A program made the position numbers and the translations under genes. This document shows positions 23,416 through 28,522 of a DNA stretch of 28,522 nucleotides, piece by piece. Location: positions 1-28,522 of the forward strand of contig JAHKLF010000001.1 of NCBI GenBank assembly GCA_029856615.1. The letters are read 5' to 3'. This DNA is from Candidatus Njordarchaeota archaeon. GTDB taxonomy: Archaea > Asgardarchaeota > Njordarchaeia > Njordarchaeales > Njordarchaeaceae. The notes beneath the pieces were generated by a model that had not been told where the DNA came from, searched no databases, and saw nothing but the letters and a program-made list of their open reading frames with translations. Positions within the stretch are counted from its first letter, which is position 1; each line of letters starts with the position of its first letter.

Positions 23416-24624
23416 TTGGAGGTCTTTCATTTGATCATGCAACAGGGCGGCGCCGACTGGTTATCATGGATAATATTCTTCCTGCTCCTACTGTTTTTAA
23501 CGGAGATACAAACATATATGTTGATTTATAGTATAACATCATTTTTAAATGAGGTACGCGTCTACGATAGACTTGGACAGTGGTATGTGGTTGCAATAAT
23601 ACTCAGCGCAAGGAAAGATCTTATAAACAGGGCAACGGGCACAACACCTTATGAGAAAGCAATTTCTCTAAAAAAAGATCCTGAATTTTTACGCCTATTA
23701 GAGTGGACAAAGGAAGTACTAGATTCATTTCTCATTACTCCCGTAACACTTGATCCAAGCGGTGTATTACAGAGATTAGAGCACCTATTAGATGTGCGCA
23801 AAAAGAGACTACGTGGTATCGCGTCAAGAATCGCTCTTGATGCCCCTGATCATCTTAAACGGAACTTAGAGAGCGCGCTGGAAGCTGCTTCAGCTATCCA
23901 TACTATTTATAAGATCGCTGAGCACATATTTAGAGTTGGTGTGAACACCAAGTCTTATGTTTATCTAATGCAGCTTAAGATGCTCATCCCCTTCCTAAGA
24001 GAGATAGTGATATCTTATTATGATGCTCTTAAAGCCTTCCGTGCAGGTATCCCTATCGGGGACAGTGTTGGCCCCATGGTTGCACGGAAATTCTTTGGAG
24101 AGGAGGTAGAAGTTGATAGAGAGAATGATATCGCCTACAGCGTCTCGGAGTTCGAAGGGAGATACATACTCGCGATTAAAGCTTTAGGGCCAGGGAGCGA
24201 AGTTGGTAAGCCAGGGGAAGTCATAAGACGAATAATTAAGGAATTAAATGGTGATGTACAAGCCGTAATAACTGTGGACGCTGCCTTGCGGCTAGAGAGC
24301 GAAAAAACCGGGAGCGTTGCTGTTGGTGTAGGAGCGGCAATCGGAGATCCTGGGCCTGAGAAATTTAAAATTGAACATGCTTGTACTGAGTACAAAATTC
24401 CTTTATACGCGGTTATAATTAAGGAATCTTATATAGAAGCCGTTACTCCGATGAACAGAGAAATTGCTGATGCCGCCGACAAAGCTATTGAAACGATTAA
24501 AAGAATTATTTTAGAGGAGGTACCTAAAGAAGGAAGAGTCATCTTAGCGGGTATTGGGAATACTGTAGGTGTTGGTAATGAAGGCATTAAACTTTCAAAC
24601 AAAGGCATTGAGAGTGCATCTTAA
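23416..24624 (+). CDS. DUF1512 family protein
   Basis: N-terminal TM helix, PV.LDP.G...RLEHLL, GDSVGP.VA, GPGS.VG.PG, DAAL.LE.E..G.VA.G.GAAIGD.G.EK..IE, GIGNT.GVG. Confidence 0.88.
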   Translation: MEVFHLIMQQGGADWLSWIIFFLLLLFLTEIQTYMLIYSITSFLNEVRVYDRLGQWYVVAIILSARKDLINRATGTTPYEKAISLKKDPEFLRLLEWTKEVLDSFLITPVTLDPSGVLQRLEHLLDVRKKRLRGIASRIALDAPDHLKRNLESALEAASAIHTIYKIAEHIFRVGVNTKSYVYLMQLKMLIPFLREIVISYYDALKAFRAGIPIGDSVGPMVARKFFGEEVEVDRENDIAYSVSEFEGRYILAIKALGPGSEVGKPGEVIRRIIKELNGDVQAVITVDAALRLESEKTGSVAVGVGAAIGDPGPEKFKIEHACTEYKIPLYAVIIKESYIEAVTPMNREIADAADKAIETIKRIILEEVPKEGRVILAGIGNTVGVGNEGIKLSNKGIESAS

Positions 24625-24641
24625 GTACATAGGTGTCATAA

Positions 24642-25949
24642 ATGAAGCTATGCCCCCCTAGTGGATTTAGAGATTTCGAACCCAAGGAAATGATACTTCG
24701 TAAACGCATAATTGATATAATAGAGAATTGTTTCATCAGATATGGCTTTGATCCTATTGAAACTCCAGCAATAGAGCACTGGGAAGTATTCGAAGGAAAA
24801 TACGGAGAAGAAGCAGAAAATAAATTGATTTATCGTTTTAAAGATCCTTGGTCCAACAAGATTTTTGCCTTAAGATTTGATTTAACAGTGCCAATGGCAC
24901 GTTTCTTTGCACAGAGAGCTTTTCCATTACCATTTAAAAGATATCACATTGGAAGAGTTTGGAGGCATGAACGCCCTCAAAAAGGACGATATAGAGAGTT
25001 TTGGCAAGCTGATGCTGATATAATCGGAAGTTCCTCTCCAGAAACTGATGCTGAATTAATCGACCTAACAATTCATATCTTCGAGAAATTAGGTTTCAAG
25101 AACTTCATTTTAAAACTCAATGATAGGAGACTTCTTAAAGGAATCTTTGAAGAAGAGCTCAGGATTAAAGAAGTCTTACAAATATACAGAGCTATCGATA
25201 AATTGGATAAAATCGGATTGGAAGGCGTTAAAGGTGAATTAGAAAAAATAATCTCAGATAAAATAATTGTTAGAAAAATCCTCGAAATAATATCATGGGA
25301 GAAAGACACTGATGATCTCTTAGAATACATATCAAGTAATTTCTTAAAAAACGAAAACGTCAGAATCGCTATAAATCATTTAACAGAAATGTTAGATCTT
25401 CTTAGTGGGAGAAAAAGCTTTTTAAAGTTGTCTTTAAATCTAGTAAGAGGACTTGATTATTATACGGGCCCTGTATGGGAGGTAATCATCAGCGATTTAC
25501 CATTATGGTCCGTTGCGGGTGGAGGAAGGTATGATAATTTAATAGAATTATACTCTGGAAAAACTACTCCCGCATCTGGTACGTCAATAGGAATTGAAAG
25601 AGTTATTGATGCTGGTAAAGAAATTGGACTCTTTACTACTAGTAAGCAGACATATACGCAAATTTATGTAGCACCATTATCAATGGAATTCTATAAATTC
25701 GCTTGGGATATTGCAAATGTTTTAAGAAAAAATGGATTTTGCGTCCAAATAGACCTCATGCGTAGAAGCGAAAAAAAGCAAAGAGAATACGTAAGTAAGA
25801 AGAATATCCCAATCATAATTTTCGTGGGTAAAAAAGAAGTAAAAAATAAAATCCTCACTATATTCTTCCGTGATGCTCAAGAACGCGCAGAGATCCCTTC
25901 CGCTAATTTAATTAATTATCTAAAGGAACATATTTCGCACTGCGGTTAA
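24642..25949 (+). CDS. hisS: Histidyl-tRNA synthetase
   Basis: GFRDF.P, LRFDLTVP.AR, R.ERPQKGRYREF.Q.D, RGLDYYTG, GGGRYD.L, GIER. Confidence 0.98.
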   Translation: MKLCPPSGFRDFEPKEMILRKRIIDIIENCFIRYGFDPIETPAIEHWEVFEGKYGEEAENKLIYRFKDPWSNKIFALRFDLTVPMARFFAQRAFPLPFKRYHIGRVWRHERPQKGRYREFWQADADIIGSSSPETDAELIDLTIHIFEKLGFKNFILKLNDRRLLKGIFEEELRIKEVLQIYRAIDKLDKIGLEGVKGELEKIISDKIIVRKILEIISWEKDTDDLLEYISSNFLKNENVRIAINHLTEMLDLLSGRKSFLKLSLNLVRGLDYYTGPVWEVIISDLPLWSVAGGGRYDNLIELYSGKTTPASGTSIGIERVIDAGKEIGLFTTSKQTYTQIYVAPLSMEFYKFAWDIANVLRKNGFCVQIDLMRRSEKKQREYVSKKNIPIIIFVGKKEVKNKILTIFFRDAQERAEIPSANLINYLKEHISHCG

Positions 25950-25950
25950 T

Positions 25951-27084
25951 ATGAGGAAAGATATTATGAAAGAAAGATTTGAGCGTATTAGAAAAATAAG
26001 CGAAAAACTTCTTGAAACTCCCTGTGCTAGATTGGCAATACTATGGGAAGAATTGGATAACAACATTGTTCAATGCAATGTGTGCGAGCGACATTGTAAA
26101 ATTCCTCCAGGTTATCGTGGAATGTGTGGTGCTCGGTATAATCATGGAGGAGAATTATATGTCCTGACATACGGCAATATTAGTTCAATCTCTAATAATC
26201 CTATGGCTAAAAAACCGTTTAACAATTTCTTTCCTGATGAATATGCCTTAACAGTTGGTTCCTGGGGGTGCAATTTCACATGCCCATGGTGCCAAAATTG
26301 GGAGATCAGTAAATATTGGGCCACCAAGTGTCATTATTTATCCCCAAGTAGATTTATTGAATTAATGAGAAAATATGGATCAACAGGAACAAGTTTCTCC
26401 TTTAATGAGCCATCAGTAACCTTATTCGAGTATTCTTTAGATGTAATGCCTCTAGCAAAAAAACATGGCTTTTTTAACACATATGTTACTAATGGGTATA
26501 TGACGCTAGAGGCTACTAAACTTCTAATCAAACACGGCTTGGATGCAGCCAATATAGATATTAAAGGATGTTCAAATATATCGAAATGGATTGGTGCTGA
26601 TGTCGAAAAAGTATGGAGAACAGCTCAGTTTTTAAAATTAAATGGCGTCCACGTCGAGATTACGACATTAATCATTCCAACAGTTAATGATGATGAAAAA
26701 TGTCTGAAATCGATAGCAAAAAGAATAAAAGATGAGTTAGGGGCCGATACTCCGTGGCATGTTACTAGGTATTATGCGGAATATAAGGCATTAGAGTTCA
26801 ATTTGCCACCGGCTACTTCAATTGAAACTGTGGAGAAAGCGTGGAAAATTGGTAAGGATGTAGGCTTAGAGTATGTTTATGTGGGGAACATTATGAATCA
26901 TCCTTATGAGAGTACATACTGCCCTAAATGCAATACTTTGTTAATCAGAAGATATGGAATCTGGGGAGTTGATGTTTTAATAACTGAGAATAAATGCCCT
27001 AACTGTGGATATCCACTGGCAATAACTTTTCGCAGAAAAAGTGATGGAAAAATATTTCGCGGGAATCCAGCGAAAATAAGCTAA
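25951..27084 (+). CDS. AmmeMemoRadiSam-type radical SAM enzyme
   Basis: VQCNVCERHC..G.CG.R, GCNFTCPWCQNW.IS, FNEP, PWHVTRY, YVYVGN, TYCPKC...CP.CG. Confidence 0.92.
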   Translation: MRKDIMKERFERIRKISEKLLETPCARLAILWEELDNNIVQCNVCERHCKIPPGYRGMCGARYNHGGELYVLTYGNISSISNNPMAKKPFNNFFPDEYALTVGSWGCNFTCPWCQNWEISKYWATKCHYLSPSRFIELMRKYGSTGTSFSFNEPSVTLFEYSLDVMPLAKKHGFFNTYVTNGYMTLEATKLLIKHGLDAANIDIKGCSNISKWIGADVEKVWRTAQFLKLNGVHVEITTLIIPTVNDDEKCLKSIAKRIKDELGADTPWHVTRYYAEYKALEFNLPPATSIETVEKAWKIGKDVGLEYVYVGNIMNHPYESTYCPKCNTLLIRRYGIWGVDVLITENKCPNCGYPLAITFRRKSDGKIFRGNPAKIS

Positions 27085-28205
27085 CTAAAAAACGAAAATA
27101 GTCCCACTTTTAATCGTTTCACGAGCTCTGATGGATCAGATGGTTCCATCCTAAATGCTTCCTGAAGAAAATTTCTTTTTAATACTACTACTTCGACTCT
27201 CGCTTCTTCGGGTTTAAAATCTTTTAAATCACGCATATGAACAGGTACTGAAACTAGGCCCGTCTTGTGATGCATTGACCAAGGGGCTCTCACATCTCCT
27301 TCGGGTTTTAACGAAGACCAATCTAAAAGAATCTGTCTCTTTCTTAATTCTTTTTTTGCTACTGTAGCTGTAGTTATTGGTTCGTAAATGAGATCTCCGT
27401 ATTTCTCCTTTAGCTCATTATATTTATCCTTCAAATGCTCCTCAACTAAGTCTCTTATCACGTTGACACTAGATCTATAAATATCGAATGTTCCAAGCGG
27501 TTTAGTAAAAGCCACCCATATTTGAAAACCCCTTGATCCACTAAATTTAATGTATGGATTTAAGTTAAGCTCGTCTCGCATGACATAGTATGTTTCAAGT
27601 GTTACATCTTTTATAAGAGAAAAACCTAATTCACCTGCATTCTTAATATCTTCTCCCGCATCGAGGTCAATAATCAGCCAGTCGGGGTAATTTATGTTTA
27701 TTTTATGCACATAGGGAATGAAATCTATAGCATGCATGTTAATATATCTCATCAAGTCGTGTTCTGTATTTATGAAATGATACTTCTTAGGTTTAAATTT
27801 AGCATACCGCGAAAAGACGGGTTTAATTTTATGTATCGGATCCGATTCATCGGAAAAAACCTTTACAACCGATACAGGTCTATCTCTTAGGAAAGGTAAA
27901 ATTAAGTCTGAAATCTGAGGATAATAAAATCGGGCCATGAGCACTAACCGATAACTCAAATTCATTTCATCATCATAAGCTAATCGCCACGCCTCTTTTC
28001 TCCCCTCCTCAGTTATAGCGTAGCCATCTCTTATCTTCCTAGCAAACCCCTCTCTTATAAGTTCATTAAGTGCGCTAATGATTTCTTGCTTTGAAGCCCT
28101 GCAGTCTCTCGATACTTTCTCTACAATATGATCTAAGCTGACTATCTTCCCAGCCGGCTTAATGGCAAGTAGCAATAAAACCCTATCCTTAACCCTTTTC
28201 TCCAT
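27081..28205 (-). CDS. Winged-helix fused LigD-type (AEP) primase-polymerase domain protein
   Basis: N-terminal wHTH, then FLRDRPVS, PDWLIIDLD, KFSGSRGF, ILLDW, APWS, VSVP; no ligase or phosphoesterase domain. Confidence 0.88.
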   Translation of the reverse strand: MEKRVKDRVLLLLAIKPAGKIVSLDHIVEKVSRDCRASKQEIISALNELIREGFARKIRDGYAITEEGRKEAWRLAYDDEMNLSYRLVLMARFYYPQISDLILPFLRDRPVSVVKVFSDESDPIHKIKPVFSRYAKFKPKKYHFINTEHDLMRYINMHAIDFIPYVHKININYPDWLIIDLDAGEDIKNAGELGFSLIKDVTLETYYVMRDELNLNPYIKFSGSRGFQIWVAFTKPLGTFDIYRSSVNVIRDLVEEHLKDKYNELKEKYGDLIYEPITTATVAKKELRKRQILLDWSSLKPEGDVRAPWSMHHKTGLVSVPVHMRDLKDFKPEEARVEVVVLKRNFLQEAFRMEPSDPSELVKRLKVGLFSFFS

Positions 28206-28292
28206 GACACCTTCACCTTAAGAAAAATATTTAAGGCATCCTCATTGATAAAAATAAGTTAGTCATCTGTAATGAATAATACTATCAGAATC

Positions 28293-28393
28293 GCCGGGGT
28301 TGCCGAGCTGGAACGGCGCCGGACTTGAGATAAGAACACTAGAAATCCGGTGGCGATTTCGCCTCGCGGGTTCGAGTCCCGCCCCCGGCACCA
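28293..28393 (+). tRNA. tRNA-Ser(UGA) with 15-nt intron (28330-28344) at 37/38, CCA encoded
   Basis: Same body as the tRNA at 19141. Anticodon stem CCGGA/TCCGG encloses 22 nt; removing ATAAGAACACTAGAA leaves the loop CT-TGA-GA. Confidence 0.9.
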
Positions 28394-28447
28394 TCTTACT
28401 TTGCTCTAAAATTTCCCTATTTTTGCCCCCATAATGCCTACTTTGCA

Positions 28448-28522
28448 TCAAAAGGCATCATCTCCATCACCTCTAACCACGATGTAGCCAAGACTTCTAA
28501 GCAAATTAATTGCCCTCAAAAC
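28448..28522 (-). CDS. C-terminal fragment of a gene entering from the right edge (VLRAINLLRSLGYIVVRGDGDDAF*)
   Basis: Open frame to TGA at 28450-28448; helix-G-strand pattern reminiscent of a winged-helix end. Confidence 0.5.
   Translation of the reverse strand, partial: VLRAINLLRSLGYIVVRGDGDDAF

Noticed and set aside
4858-27890. Numerous short antisense or overlapping ORFs in the track (e.g. 4858-5166, 5504-5860, 6583-6912, 8079-8387, 8537-8872, 12204-12425, 12447-12749, 14450-14767, 17137-17511, 21069-21404, 22815-23135, 24135-24395, 25073-25330)
   Set aside because: They lie opposite well-supported genes, are Ser/Phe/Leu/Ile-rich as expected for shadow frames, and show no motifs.
19141-28393. 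Two near-identical tRNA-Ser sequences 9 kb apart as attL/attR of an integrated element
   Set aside because: Both are complete tRNAs with different anticodons, the enclosed genes are housekeeping (topA, hisS), and no integrase is present.
28434-28458. ATGCCT...AGGCAT hairpin downstream of tRNA-Ser(UGA)
   Set aside because: Short, imperfect and overlapping the stop codon of the incoming ORF; a terminator role cannot be supported.
1-28522. CRISPR arrays, IS elements, prophage or defence genes
   Set aside because: No regularly spaced repeats, terminal inverted repeats, transposase, integrase or capsid-like ORFs were seen by eye.

Overview
AT-rich archaeal chromosomal window, most likely from a thermophilic Asgard-type archaeon. 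This is inferred from a longin domain, eS30, GC-rich tRNAs and several eukaryote-like membrane proteins. It is mostly housekeeping: UbiD-family decarboxylase, Spt4, uS10, eL18, uL13, eS30, RdgB, PPP phosphatase, RadA, a RadA/RAD51 paralogue, Hel308, topoisomerase IA, HisRS, a radical SAM enzyme, a LigD-type primase-polymerase, and three tRNAs (Asn-GUU, Ser-GGA, intron-containing Ser-UGA). No CRISPR array, integrase or transposase was seen. Two layers are missed by the ORF track. (1) Five 'hypothetical' membrane proteins align by eye with eukaryotic ER translocon accessories: tandem OST2/DAD1-like and OST5/TMEM258-like genes, an unannotated 42-aa OST4-like ORF, a TRAP-alpha-like protein and a CCDC47 (PAT complex)-like protein. 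(2) Four well-formed double-guide box C/D sRNAs (plus one weak candidate) have guides complementary to conserved 16S rRNA segments: both strands of helix 34 and the adjoining ~1180 segment, the central-pseudoknot strand and the anti-Shine-Dalgarno end. PCNA-interaction (PIP)-like motifs also occur in Hel308, topoisomerase IA and the primase-polymerase. All homology calls are by-eye comparisons with reference sequences recalled from memory, and rRNA positions use recalled E. coli numbering. No searches were run.
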